From: an uncultured Polyangiaceae bacterium
GTDB lineage: Bacteria > Myxococcota_A > Polyangia > Polyangiales > Houyiibacteriaceae
Length of the DNA: 61,103 nucleotides
Direction of reading: 5' to 3'
Assembly (NCBI GenBank): GCA_964195565.1
Contig: CAXMRN010000228.1
Coordinates: 1-61,103 of the forward strand
The translations under genes and the position numbers were made by a program. The notes beneath the pieces are model-generated. The model had not been told where the DNA came from, ran no database searches, and saw nothing but the letters and a program-made list of their open reading frames with translations. Of the stretch, positions 9,913 to 19,345 are shown piece by piece; position 1 is the first letter of the stretch; every line of letters begins with the position of its first letter.

Positions 9913-10631
9913 TACCGATCGCCCTCACCGCTTGCTTCGGGTCGAGCCTGTCGTTCAACACGCTCGATGTATCGAACCGCCGGCCGCTCTTCGAGTGGCG
10001 TGGTCGGTCCTCCTTTTTCGTAGCCGACCACGTGCACCGTCGCGACCCGTCCTTCGGGGACCGCGAACGTGTAGGTTGACCGCACTTTGAAACGGTACCC
10101 CTTGAGGTACGCAAAGACGCCGTACCCATGCCCCCGGTACTCGAGGTTCACCGTGATGGTGTGCTCACCAGGAACGATGCTGCCGTTGTAGACTTCGAAC
10201 TCCTGCTGTTCGCCGAGCGTCCCTTCCTCGTCAGCTTTCGTGAAGATCGGAGCGCCATCGAGCGCATAGACCACCCGCACCAACTTGTAGGACTGTGACA
10301 TCCGATTCTCGTGGAGGATGACCGCTTGACCGCCGCCCACGACGCCCTCGAGGACCGTCTCCGCCAGCAGGGATAGCCTCGCCTTGGAGCGAAAGATCTG
10401 CTCCTTCAGCTCATTGATGCGCTGCTCGAGATCGCGAAGCCGGACCGCGTACGTGCCCGCATCGATCGTGCTCGTCGGCGCGGTCGACGTGGCCGCTGCC
10501 GGAGCGTCCGGCGCCCCGGGAGCCTCGGTTGATGTGTCCCGCGCCGGCGCATCCTGGGCCTGGACCGCCGCGATGGCGCTCCCCATCCCAACGCATAGCA
10601 ACGCAATTGAGAGCGCAACTGTCCTGCGCAT
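9912..10631 (-). CDS. Exported coiled-coil/beta-domain protein, first gene of the glt-like operon
   Basis: Signal peptide, A/T/P linker, coiled coil (LRDLEQRINELKEQIFRSKARL) and beta-rich C-terminal domain; SD AGAGGGG upstream. Confidence 0.8.
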   Translation of the reverse strand: MRRTVALSIALLCVGMGSAIAAVQAQDAPARDTSTEAPGAPDAPAAATSTAPTSTIDAGTYAVRLRDLEQRINELKEQIFRSKARLSLLAETVLEGVVGGGQAVILHENRMSQSYKLVRVVYALDGAPIFTKADEEGTLGEQQEFEVYNGSIVPGEHTITVNLEYRGHGYGVFAYLKGYRFKVRSTYTFAVPEGRVATVHVVGYEKGGPTTPLEERPAVRYIERVERQARPEASGEGDR

Positions 10632-10691
10632 CGGAATTCCCCTCTAAGTCACCACCATCTGAAGCGAAATTGCCCCCCGGCAGTCCCCGCG

Positions 10692-10721
10692 CTTATACCG
10701 CAGCGTCACGAGGTGGGTCAA
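10692..10721 (-). promoter_or_regulatory. Putative sigma70 promoter of the glt-like operon, TTGACC-N18-TATAAG
   Basis: Both hexamers match 5/6 and lie 60 nt upstream of the ATG at 10631. Confidence 0.6.
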
Positions 10722-10881
10722 TCAAGGTCCAGTGCATTTCCGAAGGTGCTCAATACGCAGAAGGGTTGAATTGTCCTTCACTTGGAGGGGGACGATCGAG
10801 TAGATCCTCTCGCAGTCTCAGACGTCGATCGATGTGTGGTCATCCGACGCAACATAGGCACTACCGTGAGGGGGACGCGTT

Positions 10882-11469
10882 TTGAGCGATCCCTCGGACG
10901 AACTGCTACTCGTGGCGTACCGTGCGGGCGACTTGGGAGCCTTCGAGACGTTGCTCGTTCGATACCGCGGACCGATTTTCAACTTCCTGCTGCGATCGGC
11001 CCGAGACCGCGGGCGAGCGGAGGAACTCTACCAAGACGTTTGGCTCAGAGTGGTCGAGCGATGCGAGGAGTTCCGCGGAGACGCCAAGTTCTCGACCTGG
11101 CTGTACACCATCGCCCGCAACCTCTGTATCGACCACCAACGGAAGATGAAGTTTCGGGGGCACGCCTCCCTCGATGCGCCCGAACCGCGGTCGGGGCAGC
11201 CCGTTGGCGAGCGTGTGTCGGGCTCGGGTCCTTCGACCGAGCAACTCGCCGGCGGCGGCCTGGTCAGGGAACGGATCGCTCGGGCGGTGGAGGGGCTGCC
11301 GCAGGAGCAACGAGAGGTGTTTCTCCTGCGACAGCTCCAGGGGTTGCCGTTCAAGGAGATCGCCGAGGTGGTCGGCGCTCCGCCCAACACGGTGAAGAGC
11401 CGAATGCGCTATGCCCTCGAGCGCCTGCAGGACGCTTTGAGCGATCTGAAAGATCCGCATGAACTGTGA
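10882..11469 (+). CDS. ECF RNA polymerase sigma factor
   Basis: Region 2 (AEELYQDVWLRV, FSTWLYTIARNLCID) and region 4 (LPQEQREVFLLR, FKEIAE, TVKSRMRYA); TTG start with GAGGGGG SD. Confidence 0.95.
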   Translation: MSDPSDELLLVAYRAGDLGAFETLLVRYRGPIFNFLLRSARDRGRAEELYQDVWLRVVERCEEFRGDAKFSTWLYTIARNLCIDHQRKMKFRGHASLDAPEPRSGQPVGERVSGSGPSTEQLAGGGLVRERIARAVEGLPQEQREVFLLRQLQGLPFKEIAEVVGAPPNTVKSRMRYALERLQDALSDLKDPHEL

Positions 11470-12418
11470 GGAATGCAAAGAGCAGGTCTTCGAACTGATC
11501 GAACGCGAGGCGGTCGACCGGGACGGAGTGCACGAGGTGCTCTCTCGGTGCCCTGAGTGCCGTGCGGCTTTCGAGGAAATGAAGGCGGCGCTGATGCTGG
11601 CCGAGCAGTTGCCGATCGAACCGCCGCCGGCCGAGATCGATGCGGTGGTTCTTCGTGCCGCCCGTGCCAAGGCCACCAAGGTGCTTCCGCTGAGGAAGCG
11701 TCGCCTGCAGCCGCCACCTTGGGCCATGGCGGCGATCGCGATGCTGGCGGTCGGGGTCGGGGTTTGGTCGATCCCGCGGGAGATCCGGTTTGAGGGGGAT
11801 CTCGCGCCGGCTGACGATGCGCCGGTCGGACGTGACGGGTCTGACCGGAAGGTCGCGGAGGAAGAGTTCCTGGCGGAGCAGACGCTCGCGGACGACGAAG
11901 ATGAGTTTGCCGGCAAGTTGGCCGCGACCGAGTCGCCGGCCGAAGTGAATGCGCCCGCAGCCGCCTTGGAACGCGGCGAATCCGGCCCCGAGAAGAGCGC
12001 GCCAAGACGCGCACGCGAGAACCGGAGGTCGAGGGCATCGATCGACGAAGAGCGCGTCGGGGGAGCGGCTCAGGCTCCCGCTTCGATTGCAGTCGCCGAC
12101 ATGCAAGGGCTCAACGCGGAGGAATCACAGAGTCGTGAAGTGACCGCCAAGGCGTCGGCTCCCGAGAAGAAGGAGGGAGACGCACCCGTCGACTTGGCCT
12201 CCGCATGCAAGCGCAAGATCGCCGACATCGAGCGAAGCGCGCGTGCCAACGACGACCACGAGCCCGCGCCCGCGCCCGAGGAAGAACTCGAAATCGGGCT
12301 GTGTTACCAGCGGCTGAAGAACGTGGTTGAGGCTCGCAAGTGGCTCGAGCGCGCGGCAGCTCACCGGAAGACCAAGGCACGTGCCGAGAAGGCGCTCCGA
12401 ACACTAGCGCCCGAGTAG
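11459..12418 (+). CDS. Zinc-binding transmembrane anti-sigma factor
   Basis: Overlaps the ECF stop; N-terminal CEEC...CPEC, one TM (WAMAAIAMLAVGVGVW), a disordered linker and a C-terminal TPR-like helix pair. Confidence 0.85.
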   Translation: MNCEECKEQVFELIEREAVDRDGVHEVLSRCPECRAAFEEMKAALMLAEQLPIEPPPAEIDAVVLRAARAKATKVLPLRKRRLQPPPWAMAAIAMLAVGVGVWSIPREIRFEGDLAPADDAPVGRDGSDRKVAEEEFLAEQTLADDEDEFAGKLAATESPAEVNAPAAALERGESGPEKSAPRRARENRRSRASIDEERVGGAAQAPASIAVADMQGLNAEESQSREVTAKASAPEKKEGDAPVDLASACKRKIADIERSARANDDHEPAPAPEEELEIGLCYQRLKNVVEARKWLERAAAHRKTKARAEKALRTLAPE

Positions 12419-12429
12419 CACGGGGCGTG

Positions 12430-13248
12430 TCATCGGCGGAGCCAGTCGAGGAGTGCGCGCCACTTTGGCCTTTTCGAGACGCTCGCGCGTGCAGCCATGT
12501 CCCGGGCTGCGGCGAGGGCACGATCGAGGTCGGCGGCGATCTGCAACGTGTCAAGTAGGATGCGTGCATCGTCTGCGGCTGCTTTCCAGCGGGAGTCGAC
12601 GCCGCTGAAGAAGCACGCCCCGCCGAGCATCCTGGTGATCTCGTCCGCGGCGAAGATCGCGGTCGCTCGTTCCCGGTTGGGTTCGCCGAGCTGCGTCAGG
12701 TCGACGACCGCAAGCTCGACGTCGGCGTTGAGCATGGCGCGCCCGAGAGCATCGACACACTCGGTCAGCACCTCCGGCTCATGCACTCCCGACACGATCA
12801 ACGCGAACACCTCGTCATCGATGCGTAGCGGCCGCAGAGATTTGGCCGCGCGCGCTTCCGCGACCTGCGCGATTCGTTCCTCGCGCCCGAGGACGAACCC
12901 TTCCATCGCCGCCGCAACGGCGCGCTGCGAAAACTCTTCCAGGGACTCCTTCTCATCGAGGCCATCGATGGAGCGAAGCGCGAGCAGAACCGCTTGAATC
13001 GCCGATGTGGGTGTGAGGTCGAGCAGAGCGAGGCGACGACCAAGTAGGCTCAGCACCGCAAAGCACTCGCGGAAACCGAACGACTCGTAGTCCCCATTGG
13101 CACGCTCATCCCGAGGCAGCTCGCTCAACAGCGGTAGGAGCGGTGAGACTTCCGCAGCGAGGTCCGCGTACGGGACCCCTCCCGTTGCTGGCCTTGCGTC
13201 TTCGAGGAAGGCCTCGAAGCGATCTACGGCGGACTCCCCATCGCTCAC
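12430..13248 (-). CDS. Hypothetical protein with a degenerate C-terminal STAS (RsbR-like) domain
   Basis: The C-terminal pattern FALIVSG...AVVDLTQL...RMLGGACFFSGV parallels the RsbR STAS fold. Confidence 0.55.
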   Translation of the reverse strand: MSDGESAVDRFEAFLEDARPATGGVPYADLAAEVSPLLPLLSELPRDERANGDYESFGFRECFAVLSLLGRRLALLDLTPTSAIQAVLLALRSIDGLDEKESLEEFSQRAVAAAMEGFVLGREERIAQVAEARAAKSLRPLRIDDEVFALIVSGVHEPEVLTECVDALGRAMLNADVELAVVDLTQLGEPNRERATAIFAADEITRMLGGACFFSGVDSRWKAAADDARILLDTLQIAADLDRALAAARDMAARASVSKRPKWRALLDWLRR

Positions 13249-13310
13249 AATCCCCCGACTCTATCACTCTTTGGGTGGGCGATAATCCGCCGTGATATAA
13301 GCGGCGTTGC

Positions 13311-14708
13311 ATGGCTGCCACAATTCTCGTCGTCGACGATGAAAAGAACATCCGGCGAACCTTGCGGATGGTGCTCGAGGGTTCTGGGTTTAACACCCTC
13401 GAGGCGTCCTCAGCGGAAGAGTGCCTCGAGACGTTGGGCGGTCAGGAGGTCGACCTCCTCATCCTCGACGTTCGCCTTCCGAAGATGAGCGGCATCGAAG
13501 CGCTGGAAAAGATCCGCAGCAAACCGGAGACGCGAAGGCTCCCGGTGCTGATGGTCTCCGGCCACGCGTCGGTCGCCGAGGCGGTTCAGGCCGTGCAGCT
13601 CGGGGCGACCGATTTTTTCGAGAAGCCGCTCGATCGGGACCGCATTCTGGTCACCGTTCGCAACGCACTACAGACCTGGCAGCTCCAACGCGAGGTCGAG
13701 CAGCTGCGCGCCGATGTCGAGCACCGGTACGAGATGATCGGCGAGAGCCCTGTCCTACGCTCGCTCTTCGCCCAGCTCGAGAAAGTCGCCCCGACGAACG
13801 GGCGTGTGCTCATCTCCGGGGAGAGCGGGACCGGCAAGGAGCTGATCGCCCGCGCGATTCATCGACTCAGCCCGCGCGCGGAGCAGCCCTTCGTCAAAGT
13901 GAACTGCGCGGCAATCCCGGCCGAGCTGATCGAGAGCGAGCTATTCGGTTACGAGCGCGGCGCATTCACCGGCGCGCAGGGCCGCAAGAAGGGCATGTTC
14001 GAGCTCGCCAACGCCGGTACGCTGTTTCTCGACGAGATTGGCGACATGAGCGCGAGCGCGCAGGCCAAGGTGCTGCGCGCGCTTCAGAGCGGGGAGATCT
14101 CTCGCGTCGGTGGCGAAAAGCCGATCGCTGTCGACGTCCGTGTGTTGGCCGCGACCAACAAGGACTTGGAGCTCGAGGTCAAGGACGGGCGTTTTCGCGA
14201 GGATCTCTATTTTCGCCTCAATGTCGTCCCTATCGTGAGTCCCCCACTCCGGGAGCGTAAGTCCGACATCCTCTTGTTGGCCAAAGGCTTTCTCCAAGAG
14301 TTTTCGGTCGAGAACGGGTTGCGCGAAAAGCCGATCGACGAAGAGGTCCTCGAGGCGCTCGCGGAGCGACCGTGGCCTGGGAACGTGCGGGAGCTCCGGA
14401 ACGTCGTGGAGCGGATGGCGATCTTGAGCGGCGACCGGATCACCCTCGACGATCTGCCCGAGGAAGGGGTGCTCAGCGAGGTTCGACGCGAGTCTGCCCC
14501 CCCTTCGGACGTGCCCTCGACCCTCGACGATGCCGGCGAACGCCTGACTTTGCGGGAGTATCGGACCCGCGCGGAGAAGGACTACATCCTGCGGACACTC
14601 GACGAGGTGGCGTGGAACATTTCTCGGGCCGCGACGATTCTTGGCGTGGAGCGCACCAACCTTCACAAGAAAATGCGGAGCTATGGTATCCGTCGGGAAG
14701 ACGTATGA
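13311..14708 (+). CDS. Sigma54-dependent response regulator (NtrC/NtrX family)
   Basis: REC domain (ILVVDDE, LDVRLP), Walker [31 protein letters not shown] and a Fis-type HTH. Confidence 0.95.
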   Translation: MAATILVVDDEKNIRRTLRMVLEGSGFNTLEASSAEECLETLGGQEVDLLILDVRLPKMSGIEALEKIRSKPETRRLPVLMVSGHASVAEAVQAVQLGATDFFEKPLDRDRILVTVRNALQTWQLQREVEQLRADVEHRYEMIGESPVLRSLFAQLEKVAPTNGRVLISGESGTGKELIARAIHRLSPRAEQPFVKVNCAAIPAELIESELFGYERGAFTGAQGRKKGMFELANAGTLFLDEIGDMSASAQAKVLRALQSGEISRVGGEKPIAVDVRVLAATNKDLELEVKDGRFREDLYFRLNVVPIVSPPLRERKSDILLLAKGFLQEFSVENGLREKPIDEEVLEALAERPWPGNVRELRNVVERMAILSGDRITLDDLPEEGVLSEVRRESAPPSDVPSTLDDAGERLTLREYRTRAEKDYILRTLDEVAWNISRAATILGVERTNLHKKMRSYGIRREDV

Positions 14709-15049
14709 TCAAGCGATCGCTGAGGCTGATGTGGAGGGGCGCCGTCCTGGCCTTCCTGGTCTACGTCCTCTTCTTCGTTCAGCTCGGTGAGCTGTCGGCT
14801 TTCCAGCACCTCATGCGGGTCGCCGATACGGATGAGGCCCAGGAGCTAGGGCGCGAAGTCAGCGCGGCGACCGAGCGAATCAGCAAAGAGATCGGCGGAC
14901 AGGTGCACGACGTGACGCAGCCCCCCGCTCAGGATGCGGGTGCCTCCCAGGTCCCCGAGGTGGTATCGAACCAGCTCCAGGGCGTCATCGGACATGCGTA
15001 CGACCGTGAGGACCGCATCGACACCGCTCGCCAAGAGCAGTCTCAGTGA
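14705..15049 (+). CDS. Small membrane-anchored hypothetical protein
   Basis: ATGA overlap with the upstream stop; MIKRSLRLMWRGAVLAFLVYVLFFVQLG gives one TM. Confidence 0.7.
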   Translation: MIKRSLRLMWRGAVLAFLVYVLFFVQLGELSAFQHLMRVADTDEAQELGREVSAATERISKEIGGQVHDVTQPPAQDAGASQVPEVVSNQLQGVIGHAYDREDRIDTARQEQSQ

Positions 15050-15074
15050 CGGAGCGGACGGAGCGGACGGAGCG
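15048..15074. repeat. Tandem repeat (GACGGAGCG)x3
   Basis: Three exact 9-mers in the gap between convergent genes. Confidence 0.9.
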
Positions 15075-15083
15075 GCGCCCACC

Positions 15084-16433
15084 TCAGGGCCACTCGAGCT
15101 GAAGGCGCTTCATCTTGCGCCACAGGGTCGTTGGGCTGAGACCGAGGAGGTCCGCCGCCCGTTCCTTGTTCCCTTCGACTTGCTGCAAAACGCGCACGAT
15201 GGCCTCGCGTTCAACGCCCTGCACGATCTCGGCCAACGACTGGCGTCCCGGATGCAAGGAGGCGCCGTTGCCGTTTGAGTTCGGCATGATGTCGGTGAGA
15301 TGGACCTGCCCATCCTGCGCCAGGGCCACGCCCTGCTCGATCAGGTTCTCGAGCTCTCGAATGTTGCCGGGGTAGTCGTATCCCAAGAGGTGATCCATCA
15401 CGCCAGGCCCGAGTGTCGCTCGGCGTGCCATCTTCTTGCCGTACTTCTCGAGGAAGCTGTCGACGATGGGCGAGATGTCTTCTTTGCGTTCCCGCAGGGG
15501 AGGAAGCTCGAAACGCGCGACGTTGAGCCGGTAGTATAGGTCCTCACGAAAGCGCTTTTCCTCGATGAGGACTCGGAGCTCCTGGTTGGTTGCGGCGATG
15601 ATGCGCGCATCGACGTTGATCGAGCTGTTGTCGCCCAGCCTGCGGATCTCGCCCTCTTGAATCGCGCGCAGCAGCTTCGCTTGCAGTGACGGCGGGGTCT
15701 CGGCAATCTCGTCGAAGAAGAACGTTCCGCCGTTGGCTTCTTCGAACAGCCCCTTGCGTGTTTGCACCGCGCCCGTAAACGCGCCGCGCATGTGCCCGAA
15801 GAGCTCGCTCTCCAGAAGGGTCTCGGTGAGCGCTGCGCAGTTGATCGAGACGAACGGCCGCTCCGCGCGCAGCGAGTTGGCGTGAATGGCACGCGCGACC
15901 AACTCCTTTCCGGTTCCGCTCTCGCCGGTGATCAGTACCGTCGCGTCGGTAGGGGCAATGCGGACGATACGCCCGAGGATGTCGCGGATCTCCGCCGACT
16001 GTCCGATGATGTTGCCGAAGTTGTAGCGCTCGCGAAAATCTTCCGCTACGGCGCTCCGCTCGCCCGCGAGTTCCCACCGGCGGGCGGAGCGCGCGACCTT
16101 CACGAGAAGCTCGTCCTGCACAAACGGTTTCTGAACGAAGTCGCGTGCGCCGAAGCGCATCGCCTCCACGGCGTCTTCGATGGTGCCGAAGGCCGTCATC
16201 ACGATTACCTCGGTCGACGGCGATGTCTCGCGCGTGCGCTGGAGCACTTCCAAGCCGCCCACGTCTCCCATCCTCAGATCGGTGATGACGAGGTCATAGC
16301 CGTTGTCGGCCACCATCGTGCACGCGGCGTCGCCGCTTGCCGCCTGGTCGACGTCATAGCCCTCCGCCAGCAGCATCTCCGAAAGCATGCCGCGCGCGCT
16401 GTCCTGATCATCGACGATGAGAATCCTGGCCAT
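15084..16433 (-). CDS. Sigma54-dependent response regulator (AtoC/ZraR-like)
   Basis: Likely start [10 protein letters not shown] at 16433 with GGGGG SD; [27 protein letters not shown] and an HTH. Confidence 0.95.
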   Translation of the reverse strand: MARILIVDDQDSARGMLSEMLLAEGYDVDQAASGDAACTMVADNGYDLVITDLRMGDVGGLEVLQRTRETSPSTEVIVMTAFGTIEDAVEAMRFGARDFVQKPFVQDELLVKVARSARRWELAGERSAVAEDFRERYNFGNIIGQSAEIRDILGRIVRIAPTDATVLITGESGTGKELVARAIHANSLRAERPFVSINCAALTETLLESELFGHMRGAFTGAVQTRKGLFEEANGGTFFFDEIAETPPSLQAKLLRAIQEGEIRRLGDNSSINVDARIIAATNQELRVLIEEKRFREDLYYRLNVARFELPPLRERKEDISPIVDSFLEKYGKKMARRATLGPGVMDHLLGYDYPGNIRELENLIEQGVALAQDGQVHLTDIMPNSNGNGASLHPGRQSLAEIVQGVEREAIVRVLQQVEGNKERAADLLGLSPTTLWRKMKRLQLEWP

Positions 16434-16494
16434 CCCCCAACCGGTTCCGTCTAGCCCTGACCTTACCGCAAATCGTCGTCTTGTGCCCGAGCTG

Positions 16495-17793
16495 TCAATC
16501 GAGCACGTCGCGCATCGCCGCCACCACCTCATCCCGGAGCTCGGCGGGGAAGATGAGCCGCGGTCGCTCGATGCGCTTGTTGCGGAGCTGGCCGAGAAGG
16601 AAAGAAGCATCGCCGAGGCGCTGCAGGGGTTGGTGGCGGAGCGTGACCCACATGCCATCGGTGCTGCCATCCGTCGGCTCGCTGTAGGGGACATCCTCGG
16701 CGACATCGAGCCAGACCGTGAGGTCCGCGCGATGCCCTCTTGCCGCCACGACTTCCTCTGCCCGGGCCCGCGCCTTGCTCCACAGGTCCGGCCGGTCGTC
16801 TGGAAGCGGTAGCGTTTTCGGGAGCTGCCTGCACCGAAGACGCTTGCTGAGCTGCGCCAGCGTGGGGTCGCCCCCATGCTCCCATGCGCCGAGGCATGTA
16901 AGCAGCTCTGCATCGTCCATGCGAAGATGTTCGGCGAGCGACACAGGCTCACCGAGGGCGGCCGCTCGAAATGCAGGCAGCAATGGGTCGGGAGGAGTGC
17001 CGGCGGAGATCAGTTCGCTCACTCGCGTGAAGATGGCGCGCACCAAGGCATCGGCCGCGCGCGTGGTCTTATGGTGATAGACCTGCTGATGCATGAAGTG
17101 TCGGCCGAGGAAGAAACTCTCGGCCGGCGGCAAGCCCTTCGGGCCCTGCACTGCAAGAACCCATCGGTCGTCCACGCACGCAAAGGTCAATGCCTGAAGC
17201 AACCAGTCGAGGTCGTACAAGCCATAGCGGACGCCTGTCATGTGGCTGTCGCGCAAGAGGTAGTCGGCGCGGTCGACGTCCAGCGTGCCGCTGACGCTTT
17301 GGCTGAGGTACCCGAGCCGGTAGTCGCCCTTCAGCAAGCCCGCGACCCGCTCGGCCATGCCCGAAGAGATCGCCTGCAGGGCTTGGTGCACCTCCGTCGA
17401 GGGGTCGAGTATGATCTCCTGCGTCCACAGTTCGTGGTGTTTGGCATGCGGGAGCACCTCTTCGAACAGGTGCGAGAACGGCCCGTGGCCCAGGTCGTGC
17501 AGCAGCGCCGCGGCCAACCCTTCGGCCCTCGCCTCGTCGTCGAGCCTTTGGTCGGCGGGTAGCTCGTCGCTGCACGCATCGATCCGGCGTTGAAGGGACT
17601 GCATGATGTGCGCGGTACCCACGGCATGCGAGAAGCGCGTGTGCTCTGCCCCCGGAAACACGAGCGAGGCGAGCCCGAGCTGGCGAACACGCCGCAGCCG
17701 CTGCACTTCCCGAGTATCGAGGAGGGAGCGGATCACCCGCTCCGCCATGCCTTCGAAGGCGATCAAACCGTGGACCGGGTCCCTCAGGATCAC
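16495..17793 (-). CDS. HD-domain phosphohydrolase (SAMHD1/YwfO-like dNTP triphosphohydrolase family)
   Basis: RDPVHG, QRLRRVRQLG, HTRFSHAVG, LLHDLGHGPFSH, DVDRADYLLRD and QVYHH motifs. Confidence 0.9.
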   Translation of the reverse strand: MILRDPVHGLIAFEGMAERVIRSLLDTREVQRLRRVRQLGLASLVFPGAEHTRFSHAVGTAHIMQSLQRRIDACSDELPADQRLDDEARAEGLAAALLHDLGHGPFSHLFEEVLPHAKHHELWTQEIILDPSTEVHQALQAISSGMAERVAGLLKGDYRLGYLSQSVSGTLDVDRADYLLRDSHMTGVRYGLYDLDWLLQALTFACVDDRWVLAVQGPKGLPPAESFFLGRHFMHQQVYHHKTTRAADALVRAIFTRVSELISAGTPPDPLLPAFRAAALGEPVSLAEHLRMDDAELLTCLGAWEHGGDPTLAQLSKRLRCRQLPKTLPLPDDRPDLWSKARARAEEVVAARGHRADLTVWLDVAEDVPYSEPTDGSTDGMWVTLRHQPLQRLGDASFLLGQLRNKRIERPRLIFPAELRDEVVAAMRDVLD

Positions 17794-17815
17794 CCTTTAC
17801 GGTACCACCGCCCGT

Positions 17816-19345
17816 TCAAAACGCCAGCGTTCCGAAGCGTCCGTCTCTGGGCACATCGAAGCTCGATCCTCGACGGACCACCGCGACGGTGTCCGGCTGC
17901 CATAGCGGCAGGACGGGAAGGTCCCGGGCGAGGATGCTCTGGACGCGCTCGTAGGCTGCTCGCCGCTCGTTCTGATCGACTCGGGTTCTCCCCAGCTCGA
18001 ACAGCCGGTCGAGCTCGTCGTTCCGGTAGCGCCATCGGTTCGCGCCTTCGCTTTGCGGGCCAGGGATCCGCGAGGAATCGAAGAACCAGCTCAGCACGTG
18101 CGGCTCGATCACCTCGGGCACTTGCAAGAGCGTGATCTCGAAGCGGCCGCGGTTGAGGTCGGAGATCAGCGTCGCGGCCTCCGAGGGGCGGACGTCCACC
18201 TCGATGCCGACGTCGCCCAACATCGCCGCGATCGCGCGCGCGACCGATTGGCGAAAACGCTCGGAGGTGGTTCGAAGTGCGAGGCGGAGACGCGGTTCCG
18301 GGCCTGGTGGATCCGGGAACCCGGCGGCGTCGAGAAGCGAACGCGCTTCGTCGGGGTCGAAGCCCATCGGTGGCAATGCCTCGGTGTCGGCCCAGTGGTC
18401 GTGCGGGATCCAGCTGTCCGTGACCCGGGCAAGTCCGTCGTACTTCGCGCGAACCAGGAGGTCCCGGTCGATCGCGTGTCCAATGGCGCGCCGCACTCGA
18501 ACGTCGCCGAGCTTGGGCGAGGCGGTGTGGAACCCGAGATACATCGTCGAGATTCCCGGAGCACGTCGTGTCTCGAACCGGGGATCGTCCTCGAAGAGGG
18601 GAAGCAGGAGCGGAGGAATCGACGCAATTGCGAGGTCGCCCTGCCCTGCGAGCATCCGAAGTGCGCGCGTGTTGTCGTCTCGGATGACGACCAGTCGCAG
18701 GCTCGGGTACTTCGGCTCGCCGCGGTGCCAGTGAGGGTTCGCGCGCAGCTCGAGAACGCCTGGATCGCGCTTGACCAAGCGGTAGGGGCCGGCGCCGATT
18801 GGGAAGGGGTCTTCGGGCGTTGCGACGCGCCGAAATGCATCCTCGCTTCGGACGATCGGGAGCTCGAGGTCGGTCATGAAGGTGGCGTGGGGCTCGCGGA
18901 GGATGAACACGATCGTCCGCGGGTCGGACACCTGCATCTCCGCGATCCTTCGATAGGTGTGCGCGTAGCGGCTCCGGAGCTCCGGATCGACGACGCCCTC
19001 GAAGGTGGCGACCACATCGTGCGCATCGAGAGTGCTTCCGTCGCTGAAAAGCAAGCCCTCCCGGAGCCGAACCTCGAAACGCGTCGGGCTCGACGCCGTC
19101 ACCGACTCTGCGAGGTCCGGAACCACTTTGAGGGTCCGCGGATCGATCGTGACGAGCGAAGCAAAGAGAAGCCTCGAGACGCGCAGCCCGTACGGGTCGC
19201 CGACGAAGCGCGGGTCGAGCTGCTCTGCGTCCCGGGGGAGCATCACGACCAGGGCGTCCGAGTCGGGGGGCATGGGCTCCGTGCAGCCGACGCCGATCAC
19301 TAGGACCAGAAGCAGGGCGCTGCTAGGGTGCAGGCGATGGCGCAC
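17816..19345 (-). CDS. ABC transporter substrate-binding lipoprotein, family 5 (peptide/nickel)
   Basis: Lipobox VGVGC-like, LDPRF, VPDLAES, LREGLLFSDGSTLDAHDVVATF, GAGPY and RVRRAIGHAIDR. Start at GTG 19345 is inferred. Confidence 0.9.
   Translation of the reverse strand: MRHRLHPSSALLLVLVIGVGCTEPMPPDSDALVVMLPRDAEQLDPRFVGDPYGLRVSRLLFASLVTIDPRTLKVVPDLAESVTASSPTRFEVRLREGLLFSDGSTLDAHDVVATFEGVVDPELRSRYAHTYRRIAEMQVSDPRTIVFILREPHATFMTDLELPIVRSEDAFRRVATPEDPFPIGAGPYRLVKRDPGVLELRANPHWHRGEPKYPSLRLVVIRDDNTRALRMLAGQGDLAIASIPPLLLPLFEDDPRFETRRAPGISTMYLGFHTASPKLGDVRVRRAIGHAIDRDLLVRAKYDGLARVTDSWIPHDHWADTEALPPMGFDPDEARSLLDAAGFPDPPGPEPRLRLALRTTSERFRQSVARAIAAMLGDVGIEVDVRPSEAATLISDLNRGRFEITLLQVPEVIEPHVLSWFFDSSRIPGPQSEGANRWRYRNDELDRLFELGRTRVDQNERRAAYERVQSILARDLPVLPLWQPDTVAVVRRGSSFDVPRDGRFGTLAF

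Noticed and set aside
16434-16952. N-terminal extension of the 622-aa ORF
   Set aside because: It overlaps the HD gene in another frame; the REC domain starts at 16433.
16495-17793. HD protein as an antiphage dNTPase
   Set aside because: It has housekeeping-type motifs and no defence-island neighbours.
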